Notes under the pieces: model-generated
What the model saw: the letters and a program-made list of their open reading frames with translations, nothing else
Databases searched by the model: none
What the model was told of the DNA's origin: nothing
Assembly: GCA_963825135.1 (NCBI GenBank)
Contig: CAWGRW010000009.1
Coordinates: forward strand, 864,001-928,000
Length of the DNA stretch: 64,000 bases
DNA from: an uncultured bacterium
GTDB lineage: Bacteria; Desulfobacterota_D; UBA1144; Nemesobacterales; UBA2774
Reading direction: 5' to 3'
Made by a program: the position numbers and the translations under genes
In this document: one piece after another, positions 1 through 9,984 of the stretch
How the letters are laid out: each line of letters begins with the position of its first letter
Numbering within the stretch: the first letter of the stretch is position 1

Positions 1-2
1 TC

Positions 3-1238
3 AGTCCCGGACCCTCGGTTATCAAATACCGCCCGCAGAGGGACGCGTACGGCAAGGTAACAAAACCGGCGAGTGTGCTGCTCGCGGCAGAGGGAGCCGA
101 TCTCTCACATTCATCTCTATATGACGCAGTGCTTCCGTTACCACCGGAGTGGCTTACGGGACTTTCAATCGGCGACGAGATAAGATTCATCGACGGGCGT
201 GGGGCGAGGCGCTTAGTGACTATAATTGAAAAAATGGACGGAGGATTCAGGGCCGAGGCCCTGAAGACTGCCTACGTCACGCCGGGCACACTCCTCCGCT
301 GCAGAAGATACGGCAAATCCCGGAAAAAAGAAGTCGAGGTATGCGGCTTCCCTCCGCAGGAGAATCACGTATCACTCCGTCAGGGGGACTTGTTAACACT
401 TACGCCGGACTTAGCCCCCGGACGCGCGGCGGAATACGACGAAAACGGCAATCAGCTATCGCCTGCAATTATCGGCTGCACGATACCCGAGGTTCTCGAC
501 GACGTTAAGGCCGGGGAGGCCGTCTGGTTCGACGACGGCAAAATAGGGGGAATAGTAGAAGAAATAATTGCCGGGGGGCTGCTGATACGCATCACGCACA
601 CGAACTCGGCTACAGCCAAGCTCGCCTCGGACAAGGGCATAAACCTTCCTGAGAGCAAGCTCGGACTGCCCGCGCTCACCCCGAGCGATATTCCGATCCT
701 AGAGTTCATAGCGGAGAATGCCGATATTGCAGCACTATCGTTCGCGAATTCTCCCGAAGACGTAAAGTCTTTATTAGACCACCTGAGCCGCATGGGCAGA
801 GGAAAGCTCCCGATAGTTCTTAAGATCGAAACGAGGCGCGGATTCGAGAACCTGCCGGCCATGCTTCTTGAGGCGATGAAAAACCCGTGCTGCGGGGTAA
901 TGATAGCGAGGGGGGACCTGGCGGTCGAGCTGGGGTTCGAGCGTCTGGCAGAGGTTCAGGAGGAAATATTGTGGCTCTGCGAAGCCGCTCACATACCGGT
1001 CGTATGGGCGACTCAGGTGCTCGAAAGCCTCGCGAAACAGGGCTCCCCGACGAGGGCGGAGATAACGGACGCCGCCATGGGACACCGCGCCGAATGCGTA
1101 ATGCTGAATAAGGGTCCTCACATCCTGGAGGCCCTAAAAGCGCTCGATAATATATTGAGACGGATGGAAACGCATCAATTTAAAAAGATGTCTATGCTGC
1201 GCGAGCTGAAGCTCGCATATAATTTCCCGCACGAATAA
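3..1238 (+). CDS. pyk: Pyruvate kinase, long type; 5' end lies outside the window
   Basis: Frame open from the window edge; motifs DDGKI, KGINLP, KIET, GVMIARGDLAVE, ATQVLESL, PTRAEITD, ECVMLNKG. Confidence 0.9.
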   Translation, partial: SPGPSVIKYRPQRDAYGKVTKPASVLLAAEGADLSHSSLYDAVLPLPPEWLTGLSIGDEIRFIDGRGARRLVTIIEKMDGGFRAEALKTAYVTPGTLLRCRRYGKSRKKEVEVCGFPPQENHVSLRQGDLLTLTPDLAPGRAAEYDENGNQLSPAIIGCTIPEVLDDVKAGEAVWFDDGKIGGIVEEIIAGGLLIRITHTNSATAKLASDKGINLPESKLGLPALTPSDIPILEFIAENADIAALSFANSPEDVKSLLDHLSRMGRGKLPIVLKIETRRGFENLPAMLLEAMKNPCCGVMIARGDLAVELGFERLAEVQEEILWLCEAAHIPVVWATQVLESLAKQGSPTRAEITDAAMGHRAECVMLNKGPHILEALKALDNILRRMETHQFKKMSMLRELKLAYNFPHE

Positions 1239-1520
1239 ACCAATAAACCGTGGCAGAGGTGTGAAGTGATGAACGACTCCGGCCGCCCAGGTTTCGTTTC
1301 GATCGATTGAGCCGGACGAGACTGAGCTCAACACTGATTCCAGGCCTCGAACCATCCCCCCTCTTCGCCCATTCCTTATGCCCAATATGCCGCATAATGG
1401 AGAAGTATCAATCCGGGAATCTATTCTCTGTCCCGTATCGTTGCGAATCATTCGATAAACATTCGCCGGGGATCGGGATTATAATTTCCACGTCGAAACA
1501 CTTTTCAAAGGAGGAATAAA

Positions 1521-2399
1521 TTGGCGAAAGAACCATACAGGATAAATAAACGTGCATATTACGCTCTTTGCATAATGCTCTCGGCAATTTATTTGTTAAA
1601 CGTTTCATGTGACGAGGGCTCAGGCTCCGAGACTGAACGGGAAGCTACCGCAGTGGTTGTCGAGAAGTCGCGGGATACAAACGAAACGAATGATTTCCTG
1701 AGAATCGCGTTCCTGCCGAGGGACGTCGTACCGACACAGCTCGGACGTCCGAGCGCCCTCAGGGTCTTCGTAGGCGCTTCGGTATTCTACGAGCCCCCTG
1801 TATCCCTCGAAAAAACAGCCGCCTTTTTCGGCATACCCATCGGACAAAGTGAAAAGGGGTTGGACCTGGTGGCCTTCAGATGCATGCCGGGCGAGCCTGC
1901 CGTGCTCGAGCCGAGCCTGGCGACGTGGCCGAATGTGTTTGCCAGACTGGTCGAAGACTTGGGAGTGCAATTCACATGTCCGCCGGGTGACTCGTCACCT
2001 GAGAACGAGATCCTTTGTCTTGCCGAGGGATTCACAGACACTCCGAGCGAGATCGTCACCGAAAGCATAGCGAACGCAGTCGTCCTCGGAGCATCGATAA
2101 TGACCGACCCGGAGCTGGCCGGAGTGTTAGGAAATCTCTATGGGGTCTCATCCGCGTTCGGCGGACTCGGCCTCGCCGTTAACGGCAGCAGCGGGAACGC
2201 CTTAACCGGGGAGGAAGCTCTCGTAAGGTCCGTCGTTCCCGAGTACATTGTGAAGAACGCAACGCTCGCCGAGGCCGGGTGCTTCTGCATCCGCGTACCG
2301 CCTTATGAAGGACGCGAGGAGGCACCTCTCGACATGAACTTCATTATGAAGAACGGCGGCTTCGGCGAATGCAATTTTGTGGACAGACTGGGATTGTAG
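1521..2399 (+). CDS. Hypothetical exported or lipoprotein-like Cys-containing protein
   Basis: GGAGGA RBS before TTG; basic N-terminus, hydrophobic stretch, then VSC (imperfect lipobox); six further Cys; 292 aa. Confidence 0.7.
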   Translation: MAKEPYRINKRAYYALCIMLSAIYLLNVSCDEGSGSETEREATAVVVEKSRDTNETNDFLRIAFLPRDVVPTQLGRPSALRVFVGASVFYEPPVSLEKTAAFFGIPIGQSEKGLDLVAFRCMPGEPAVLEPSLATWPNVFARLVEDLGVQFTCPPGDSSPENEILCLAEGFTDTPSEIVTESIANAVVLGASIMTDPELAGVLGNLYGVSSAFGGLGLAVNGSSGNALTGEEALVRSVVPEYIVKNATLAEAGCFCIRVPPYEGREEAPLDMNFIMKNGGFGECNFVDRLGL

Positions 2400-2455
2400 A
2401 ATTAACTGCAATTATTTATCAACGTGAAAGAGTCTCGAGTTCTTTTTGATGACCG

Positions 2456-3277
2456 CTAATGTTCCCGTGTAAGGGGAAGGAGAAAAACAGGGTATAGTAA
2501 CAAGCATGCCCAATCCAATTTGCCGATGGCGACTACGTACATTAACGAAACGTGAAAAACAACTCCCAACACGGCTGTCGGTATGCGCGTCCTTCTGAAC
2601 CAGAATCCCGCTGCAAGCGCGTATTCCATCAGAACGGACGAGATAGCGACGATATAAACCGGGATTTGAAACGGACCGAGATGAAAGTATCCGTCAGACA
2701 GGTCGATTAAAAAATTCGGCATCATGACGGATAGACCTTGAAGCACATAACCGCTCAGATAACCCGGCGTCGTCTTTGCAACCGCATTCACCAAATATAG
2801 AAGCGACAACTGAATCTGTATAAGACGGACAGGCCAAACAGGGGACAATACTTTTCCATAATTTTTATTGAAACCGATCAGGCAATATTGAGAGCAGCTG
2901 GGGATCAATGAGAATGCCAGTATTGAGAAAGTGATGACCTGTCTGCTTTTCCGGTATCCCTCTACAAAAACTAGCGGGAGCAACAGCACGGAGAGCAGCA
3001 AACCCAAAAATCGCGGCCTGACGCCCAGACAGAATAGGATCAGTATGATGACTACGACAATCGTATATGGCAGCGTAAAGAAAACATTCGTGTAGAGCCC
3101 GTTTAATGAAAGCGAGTTCCTGATAATCGACAAGGGCACCGAGATATTCCAGAATACGACCAAAACCGCGACAGACAGGATTACACGTAAGATAGTCGTA
3201 TAGTACGGATCGAGCGGAGTAAATAAAAATTTTCTCAGGACACCGGACGACGTTCTGCGATTAGAATTTTGAGTCAT
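2456..3277 (-). CDS. HTTM-domain membrane protein (SdpB / vitamin K-dependent carboxylase N-terminal-like)
   Basis: Multi-TM; WPVRLIQIQLSLLYLVNAVAK and EYALAAGFWFRRTR...GVVFH fit the HTTM pattern. Confidence 0.75.
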   Translation of the reverse strand: MTQNSNRRTSSGVLRKFLFTPLDPYYTTILRVILSVAVLVVFWNISVPLSIIRNSLSLNGLYTNVFFTLPYTIVVVIILILFCLGVRPRFLGLLLSVLLLPLVFVEGYRKSRQVITFSILAFSLIPSCSQYCLIGFNKNYGKVLSPVWPVRLIQIQLSLLYLVNAVAKTTPGYLSGYVLQGLSVMMPNFLIDLSDGYFHLGPFQIPVYIVAISSVLMEYALAAGFWFRRTRIPTAVLGVVFHVSLMYVVAIGKLDWACLLLYPVFLLPLTREH

Positions 3278-3695
3278 GATCGAAGCTGATTATCTTCTTC
3301 TGTTTCATATCCGCGGAAGAATATGAGTAGTTGATAGTCCAGTCTATACGTGCTTTGGGTTGTTTATAGAGATAATTGAAATACCACCCCGAAGTTTGCA
3401 TGTATTTATTTATTCCCCCCTCGACATCCTCCAGCAGTTCATCGGGAGAAGATGCCGCTAGTCCGTTTTTCTTGAACACTGCGGGTGTGCGCAGATTCGT
3501 GATTGTTCCCTCGGTGGAAGTGTAGACAATTTCAATATCAGTTACGGTGACGCGGTAATACACCCTCAGAAAGTAACTTGTAGATATCAGGAAGATCAGG
3601 AATGAAACAATCAAAACGAGATCCGATCTTACGGATGAGGTCAGAGTCACGCGTCTGACGCTTTCTCCTCCATTAGCTGATGAATAAGCACGCAA
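3261..3695 (-). CDS. Hypothetical single-TM protein coupled to the HTTM gene
   Basis: 144 aa, one N-terminal TM; overlaps the HTTM start by 17 nt; AGGG upstream. Confidence 0.6.
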   Translation of the reverse strand: MRAYSSANGGESVRRVTLTSSVRSDLVLIVSFLIFLISTSYFLRVYYRVTVTDIEIVYTSTEGTITNLRTPAVFKKNGLAASSPDELLEDVEGGINKYMQTSGWYFNYLYKQPKARIDWTINYSYSSADMKQKKIISFDHDSKF

Positions 3696-3837
3696 CTGCC
3701 CTTTGTCCCTCTTTTCAAGCGGAAATTTCCGAACAGCTTCAATTTATTACAAAAGGAGGGGAAATTCAAACGGCTTCTATCGCCGCATGCCCGATCCGGC
3801 GGCTTAGAGCGATAAAAAACAACCGGTATTTACCGGG

Positions 3838-4248
3838 TCAATCTTCGTCGCCTTCACCCTTATCAAAATCAAGGGAGCATGAGTTGATACAGTAACGGAG
3901 GCCCGTGGGTCCGGGACCGTCCGGGAAGACGTGACCCAGGTGCGCGCCGCACTTGCTGCATACAACCTCGGTCCTCGCCATGCCGTGGCTCCCGTCGACC
4001 TCCTCTTTAATCATATCTTCGTTTGCAGGCTTGTAGAAGCTCGGCCATCCGGTGCCCGAATCGAATTTCGTATCAGAGCTGAAAAGCTCCTCCCCGCAGC
4101 AGACACACTTGTACATCCCCTTTTCTTTATTGTCATGATACTTTCCGGTGAACGGCCTCTCCGTGCCCTTCTGCCTCGTGACGTAGTACTGCTCATCCGT
4201 CAGCTCTTTTTTCCACTCGTCTTCTGATTTTTTTATTCTCTCAGTCAT
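3838..4248 (-). CDS. msrB: Peptide-methionine (R)-S-oxide reductase MsrB
   Basis: [31 protein letters not shown] and two CxxC; ATG 4248 has an AAGGAGG RBS. Confidence 0.97.
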   Translation of the reverse strand: MTERIKKSEDEWKKELTDEQYYVTRQKGTERPFTGKYHDNKEKGMYKCVCCGEELFSSDTKFDSGTGWPSFYKPANEDMIKEEVDGSHGMARTEVVCSKCGAHLGHVFPDGPGPTGLRYCINSCSLDFDKGEGDED

Positions 4249-4451
4249 ATGCGCCTCCTTCGGCACAACCGTCCAATCGCGCCCCGCAACAACTATAGGA
4301 TACAGACAGGGCAAAATCTTATCAATACCGACGCCGGGGCCGGATCAGCCGGCCGTCTGAAAAAACGAATATATTCTTATACGGTAAGAACGGAGGAAAG
4401 GATTCTTTGGGGAGTGAAATACGATGGTATTTGTCTGCCGCCCGCACTGCG

Positions 4452-6029
4452 TCAGTCGGGCCGCATCTTCTCTATCGTAAGCCAGGCCGTAAGCGCGCCC
4501 AGGAAAACAAGCCCGGCCGATATCTTCATCATGCGCCTGAAAGTTCCCAGAAAGGAGTCCGATATAGCACCGCGTATCTCCTTTTTCGTTGCTTCCGGAA
4601 GCGATTCGGGTATGTCTATTGCCGCCAGTTTGATTCGCTGTGAGTCTATAATCTGAATGGTTTTCTCGTTTAGATTGAGGGCCCTTAATTCTTTGTCGAG
4701 ATTGTGATTGAAGCCGGACAGGGCGAACACACCCAGTATGGCAATAGAAAGGAGTCCCGCGATCCGGCCTACCGAATTATTTATTCCGGAGGCTACCCCC
4801 GAGTTCTCGAGGTCGATCGAGCTCATCACTGCAGTCGTGAGAGGCGATATGGTTATCGCCATACCCAGGCCGAGAACGGCGATTGCTGGAAAGAATGTAG
4901 TCCAGTAGCTCCCTCCGATGCCGGGGAGCGTGAATAAAAGAAACCCGACGCCCGCAAGGATCGTCCCGACTATAAGCGGCGGCTTTGCCCCGTAATTGAT
5001 TACCAGCCCGCCCGCCCATCTCGAGAACAGGAACAGCGCAAGGACGAGGGGTATAAAGGCTATACCCACGCCCGCGGCGGAATACCCCTGAAGCTGAATG
5101 AGATTGAACGGGATGAAGAAAACGCCTCCCACCCAGGCTGCCCAGAATAACGCAGAAATAAAATTTGCCCCGCTGAAGGTCCTGGATTTAAAGAGACTGA
5201 GCGGCATCATGGGCGATGGGGAATTCGCTTCGTAAAAGAGAAATGCGACGAGAGCAAATCCCCCGGCCACGAATGGGACGATTACCTTTGGGCGTCCAAA
5301 CCCGGAGTTGCCGGATTCGATCAATGCGTAGACGATGCACCCGAGGCTCATTATCGCGAGAAACGACCCTAGAATGTCCAACTTTCCCTCGCCATTATTC
5401 TTCCTGCTTTCCGGTATCCGCCAGAAAAGGCTGGTGAGAACAACGATGCCGATCGGAAGGTTTATGAAGAAGACGAGCCGCCAGGAAACATTCTCGGCAA
5501 GCCACCCCCCGAGTATAGGACCGAGAGCCGTTGTGATCGCGGTGAACGCGGACCACGTGCCGATGGCCCTCCCGCGATCAGCCTCCGTAAATGATATATT
5601 GATAATTGCCAGGCTTCCCGGAACGAGGAGAGCGCCCCCTACCCCCTGGAAAGCCCTTGCGACTATCAGTTGCGGCGTGCTGGCGGACAGACCGCACCAA
5701 ACGGACGCGCCTGTGAACAAGATTACCCCAAGCGCAAATATGCGCTTCCTCCCGAACTTATCTCCAAGCGCCCCGCCGAACAGCATGAGTGAGGACATGA
5801 AAAGCGCGTAGGCCTCGATAATCCACTGCATCTGGGGTATTGTGGCGTCGAGCTCTATCTGAAGCACCGGCAATACGACGTTCATGGCGGTGCTGTCTAT
5901 AAATGCCATGCCCGAGCCGAGTATCGTTACGAGCAGAACCCATCTCCCGGCGATCTTGCCCACGCCGAGGCTTTCCGAAACACTCTTTATAGCTGTGCCC
6001 TCCAGTGTTCCTCTAGCGGATTCTCTCAT
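4452..6029 (-). CDS. DHA2-family (14-TM) MFS efflux transporter
   Basis: DSTAMNVVLP, GGALGDKFGRKRIF, RAFQGVGGAL, WRLVFFINLPIG. Confidence 0.92.
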   Translation of the reverse strand: MRESARGTLEGTAIKSVSESLGVGKIAGRWVLLVTILGSGMAFIDSTAMNVVLPVLQIELDATIPQMQWIIEAYALFMSSLMLFGGALGDKFGRKRIFALGVILFTGASVWCGLSASTPQLIVARAFQGVGGALLVPGSLAIINISFTEADRGRAIGTWSAFTAITTALGPILGGWLAENVSWRLVFFINLPIGIVVLTSLFWRIPESRKNNGEGKLDILGSFLAIMSLGCIVYALIESGNSGFGRPKVIVPFVAGGFALVAFLFYEANSPSPMMPLSLFKSRTFSGANFISALFWAAWVGGVFFIPFNLIQLQGYSAAGVGIAFIPLVLALFLFSRWAGGLVINYGAKPPLIVGTILAGVGFLLFTLPGIGGSYWTTFFPAIAVLGLGMAITISPLTTAVMSSIDLENSGVASGINNSVGRIAGLLSIAILGVFALSGFNHNLDKELRALNLNEKTIQIIDSQRIKLAAIDIPESLPEATKKEIRGAISDSFLGTFRRMMKISAGLVFLGALTAWLTIEKMRPD

Positions 6030-6324
6030 TTTGAAAAGAAACTGGTGTATTTGTCATCGATTCTGTGTTTGCGGGAATGGTATTCTCGGATAGGGCGGAA
6101 TAACATGAGTTCCAAAATATAGTCTTGCACCGCGATTCGATCAGGTACGAAATAACCGAGATCAATTAATATTTACTTATCCGAAAAAATCCTTAGCCGA
6201 CTTAATTCTACCTGCTGAAGCAGGAATTACATCATAAATCTCCAATTATTGTCCGTGAGTCTGCGGGTAATAATATACGGTAGAGGCGCGGAAAAGCACC
6301 CATTGCGGGAAGTCATGAGCCCGC

Positions 6325-7680
6325 TCAGGACGGGAAACACTTGCCGAATGCCCTTAATAACCTTATCGGACCCTTAATCCGAATCTTTCCCAAAAGTAGT
6401 GGAATCAGAATCCCGTGCTCCTTTCTAATAAACCCGAGCCAGGCGCCGCTGTCGGCGGAAATACGCAGGTCCGGGACACCTACAAAGTCTCTTTGAATCT
6501 CAACCGCCTTATTCCGAATTACGACCGTTGCCCGGTATTGCTCCTCGCCGGTAAAAGTAAAATGATATGTGGCGTCGAGACCCTCCGCCTTATCCCTTTG
6601 AAATATGAGCTGCAGTCCGTAGAGGAATCCGGGTATCGATTTCGGCCTCAATCCGTTCGATACGGTCTTTGCGGTTTTGTTTGGAAACCTTTTTGCCACA
6701 TGCGCCTCCGCATCCGTGTCAGGGACAACGTAAACCGTCTCCTCTTTCCTCTGAAGGGGCTTCAGGACTTGATCGAGGTACTGTTTCCGGTTCTCAAGGA
6801 AAGGCCCCAAAACGTCCTCCCCGGCGGGGCAGACAGCCATACAGTAAGCGGCCTTATAATTAGCTCCGTAAGAAAGACTCTGCCACATCGAGGCAGACTC
6901 CGAATCGCTGAATTTCCGGCGATAATCTTTCGCGTCCCTGCTGTCCGCGATGCCCTCCGCCCAGCTCGTAAAACCGCTCATGAACTCACGGTAGTTATGC
7001 GTGTAGCAAGCGGAGAAATTAAAGTACCCGTCCGGGGAGATCGCGCCTACAGGACATGCGGCGACACACAATTTGCACTCAAGGCACGGGTTGTATTCGA
7101 TGGGCGTGTCATACGAATCGACTTCAGCGTCCGTGAGTATCGTTCCGAGTAAAATAAAATTGCCGAATCTCGGGTGAATTACGTTTCGATGAATGCCCAT
7201 GCGACCGAGCCCGGCCGCGACGGCCGCGGTCTTGTGAGACACCACCCAGGTCCTTTCCGGGAAGTTGCCCATCTCCATCGGGAAACCCATAGCCGGGTTA
7301 ACCGCCCGGATCCCGTCCTCTTCGAGTATCGACACTATCCTGCGGGCGACTTCGTTGACCTTATCTCCGATATTATGGAATTCGAGATTCGCTACAGAGC
7401 GCGCGGGACTGCGAACCGGCTCGCGGTTCATCTTACATACGATGCTGATAAGGGACCTTGTACGGGGGAAATGACCCAGTATGTCGTCTTTTTCTTTAGC
7501 GAGCTCGGCACAGTCGATTGCGGCGAACCCGGCGTCATCGGCGCCCGCTTCGAGGCACGCATCACGAAGCCGGCCGGCATCCAATCTGCCGTCCGGACTC
7601 AAAATTTTCTTTACGGGTTTAACGCTGCCCCGGCTTCTATAGAAATTAATAACGGCAGGGTGCTCTTCCATTTTCGACAT
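6325..7680 (-). CDS. QueG / reductive-dehalogenase-like cobalamin and Fe-S protein with C-terminal SCP2 lipid-binding domain
   Basis: HKTAAVAAGLGRMG...HPRFGNFILLGTILTD, CLECKLCVAACP, YCMAVCP; C-terminus ATYHFTFTG...PDLRISAD...GKIRIKG; GGAG RBS. Confidence 0.8.
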   Translation of the reverse strand: MSKMEEHPAVINFYRSRGSVKPVKKILSPDGRLDAGRLRDACLEAGADDAGFAAIDCAELAKEKDDILGHFPRTRSLISIVCKMNREPVRSPARSVANLEFHNIGDKVNEVARRIVSILEEDGIRAVNPAMGFPMEMGNFPERTWVVSHKTAAVAAGLGRMGIHRNVIHPRFGNFILLGTILTDAEVDSYDTPIEYNPCLECKLCVAACPVGAISPDGYFNFSACYTHNYREFMSGFTSWAEGIADSRDAKDYRRKFSDSESASMWQSLSYGANYKAAYCMAVCPAGEDVLGPFLENRKQYLDQVLKPLQRKEETVYVVPDTDAEAHVAKRFPNKTAKTVSNGLRPKSIPGFLYGLQLIFQRDKAEGLDATYHFTFTGEEQYRATVVIRNKAVEIQRDFVGVPDLRISADSGAWLGFIRKEHGILIPLLLGKIRIKGPIRLLRAFGKCFPS

Positions 7681-7718
7681 GCTTGTTTCTCCTTCCCCGA
7701 ACGATTAATTTTTCATTA

Positions 7719-7734
7719 AGGCGTATATACACCT
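7719..7734. promoter_or_regulatory. Putative MarR operator 2
   Basis: AGGCGTATATACACCT, a 16-bp near-palindrome; shares GTATATACACCTA with 8265-8277. Confidence 0.7.
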
Positions 7735-7750
7735 ATGTTTTTAAATTTTT

Positions 7751-8236
7751 TTATATCTCTTGTATTCGATTGACCAGAAGAGATGTCTGTGAAATCATGG
7801 CTGCCCACGCATCCTGACCCATTAGCTTCTTGACCTCGTCCTGCGTTTTCCGCCAGCAGGGAAAAGCCTCGGCAAGCTTCTTACGGCCTTTTTCCGTAAT
7901 ACTGACAATCCGTGTACGGCGGTCATCGCCGTCCCGGGCCTCGATGAGCCCGTTCTTTTCGAGGAGTTCAATATTACGGGCTAACGTCGTGCGGTCGGTG
8001 ACCATTGCTTCCGAGAGCTTTGATAAGGTGATCGGCCCCATCGCATGCGTATGGACGAGCAATACAAATTGCGTAGACCTCAGACCGGTCGACCTCATGC
8101 TGTCGTCGAATAGCTGCGTTACGACCCTGGTCGCCTTGCGCAGATTGAAGCACGTGCATTCCCTGCACTCGGCGAGGGTTCTTAAATCCAGGCCCGGCAA
8201 TGAATTACCCGCTTTGCTCTTATCATCTTTCGTCAC
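7751..8236 (-). CDS. MarR-family transcriptional regulator
   Basis: CTCFNLRKATR, DRTTLARNIELLEKNGLI, DRRTRIVSITEKG; GTG 8236 has a GAGGA RBS, and the longer ORF start lies upstream of the promoter. Confidence 0.9.
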   Translation of the reverse strand: MTKDDKSKAGNSLPGLDLRTLAECRECTCFNLRKATRVVTQLFDDSMRSTGLRSTQFVLLVHTHAMGPITLSKLSEAMVTDRTTLARNIELLEKNGLIEARDGDDRRTRIVSITEKGRKKLAEAFPCWRKTQDEVKKLMGQDAWAAMISQTSLLVNRIQEI

Positions 8237-8259
8237 GGTTGAATCCTCTGTCGTCACTA

Positions 8260-8292
8260 TAAGAGTATATACACCTAATAACAGTATGTCAA
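8260..8292 (-). promoter_or_regulatory. Sigma70 promoter of marR overlapped by operator 1
   Basis: Minus strand TTGACA (8292-8287)-N17-TATACT (8269-8264); near-palindrome TAAGAGTATATACACCTA 8260-8277. Confidence 0.8.
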
Positions 8293-8411
8293 ACTTTCCC
8301 GTGTTTTTCAAACAGGATTTTACTTAATACGATAGAGGAATATACTATTCGTATGTTCTTCGAAGCAGAGCCCGACGCAGTTGTATCTTCGAGGCTGTCC
8401 GGGAGATAAAA

Positions 8412-9620
8412 ATGTCTGTATTTACAGGGAAAAAGATTATTCTAGGCGTGACCGGCGGTATAGCCGCCTATAAATCCTGCGAGCTCGTAAGGAGCCTCGT
8501 GAAAGAGGACGCTTCCGTACAGGTGATTATGACTCAAAACGCCATGGAGTTCATAACCCCGCTCACCCTCCAGACGCTCTCCGGCAACCGTGTGGCCACG
8601 AAGACATTCGACCTCGGATGGGAATCAGAAATAGGGCACATCAGCCTGGCTGACAGTGCGGACCTGATCGTCGTAGCTCCCGCGACTGCGAGCTTCATAG
8701 GTAAGATAGCGTCCGGCATAGCCGATACGCTTCTTTCGAACGTAATCCTCGCTACGCTTTCGCCCATTATCATATGCCCGGCCATGAACGTGAATATGTA
8801 TAATAACCAGGCAGTTCAGGAGAACCTGGAGAAACTGAGAAATCGCGGGTTTATCATCGTCGAGCCTGCAGAGGGCGGTCTTGCGTGCGGATGGGAGGGA
8901 AAGGGGCGCCTCCCCGACATACCCGATATAATGAACGCGATCGAAAAGGCCCTGTCCCCGAAAGACTTCCGGGGTGAAAGAGTCCTCGTGACCGCGGGCG
9001 CGACCAGGGAGTTCATCGACTCGGTGAGGTTTATCTCTAACCCTTCGAGCGGCAAAATGGGCTATGCCCTGGCAAAAGAGGGTCTCATGCGGGGGGCGGA
9101 AGTGGTGCTCGTCTCCGGCAAAACGAACCTTACGCCTCCCGACGGAGTGAGGGTCGTCGATGTAGTGAGCGCGGGAGACATGTTTGAATCCGTCATGGAG
9201 CACCTCGAATGGTCGACTATCGTCATCAAAGCGGCCGCCGTCGGAGATTATGCCCCTTCAGAAAAAATAAACGGCAAAATCAAAAAAGACGAGAGCGGAA
9301 TGCTACTTAATCTCAGGCGCACAAAGGACATTCTGAAAGCGGTCGGAGAGAGCAAGAACGGCAGGTTCGTGGTAGGGTTCGCCGCCGAGACCGACAATCT
9401 CCTGAAACACGCAAAGGATAAGCTAAAGAGCAAAAACGCGGACCTTTTTATAGCGAACGACGTGTCGATTTCCGGGTCGGGTTTCGAGTCCGATACTAAT
9501 ATTATTCACTTTGTTTACCGTGATGGAAGCACGGAAATGATGCCTCAGGCCGCAAAATCGGAGATAGCCCGGAAGGTGTTCGATAAAATACAGGATTTGA
9601 AGTCTTCTAATGAACGCTGA
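8412..9620 (+). CDS. coaBC: Phosphopantothenoylcysteine decarboxylase/ligase CoaBC
   Basis: GVTGGIAAYK, PAMNVNM, LACGWEGKGR, VTAGATRE, SNPSSGKMG, VGFAAET. Confidence 0.97.
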   Translation: MSVFTGKKIILGVTGGIAAYKSCELVRSLVKEDASVQVIMTQNAMEFITPLTLQTLSGNRVATKTFDLGWESEIGHISLADSADLIVVAPATASFIGKIASGIADTLLSNVILATLSPIIICPAMNVNMYNNQAVQENLEKLRNRGFIIVEPAEGGLACGWEGKGRLPDIPDIMNAIEKALSPKDFRGERVLVTAGATREFIDSVRFISNPSSGKMGYALAKEGLMRGAEVVLVSGKTNLTPPDGVRVVDVVSAGDMFESVMEHLEWSTIVIKAAAVGDYAPSEKINGKIKKDESGMLLNLRRTKDILKAVGESKNGRFVVGFAAETDNLLKHAKDKLKSKNADLFIANDVSISGSGFESDTNIIHFVYRDGSTEMMPQAAKSEIARKVFDKIQDLKSSNER

Positions 9621-9984
9621 CAGATTCAATAAGAAAATTTAGTCTGTGCACGATCTCTTCGACAGTGCTGTCCTTCGTTATATATCCGACCGCGCCCATA
9701 TCGAGACATTCGGTGATTTTCTTCATTTCGGAAAGAGCCGTCAGCATGACTACCGGGATGCTTTTAAGCTCGCTATCATTCTTGAGTATTTTTAGAAACT
9801 CCACACCGTTATAGTTAGGCATCACTATGTCGAGCACAATGACATCCGGCCTGAATGCGCTTAATACGGAAAGCGCGGCCTCTCCGTCGGCAGCCGTCTC
9901 CACCGTGTAATTCTTGGTGCTAAGTATTCTGGTGTAGAGGTTCCTCAAGGATTCTTCGTCTTCGATCAACAGAATTTTGGGCAT
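9607..9984 (-). CDS. Single-domain response regulator (receiver)
   Basis: ILLIEDE, VLDIVMP (phospho-Asp), MLTA, YITK; 125 aa. Confidence 0.92.
   Translation of the reverse strand: MPKILLIEDEESLRNLYTRILSTKNYTVETAADGEAALSVLSAFRPDVIVLDIVMPNYNGVEFLKILKNDSELKSIPVVMLTALSEMKKITECLDMGAVGYITKDSTVEEIVHRLNFLIESVSVH

Noticed and set aside
7681..7750. Cobalamin riboswitch upstream of the B12-type enzyme
   Set aside because: The 70-nt AT-rich spacer is too short and holds the MarR operator instead
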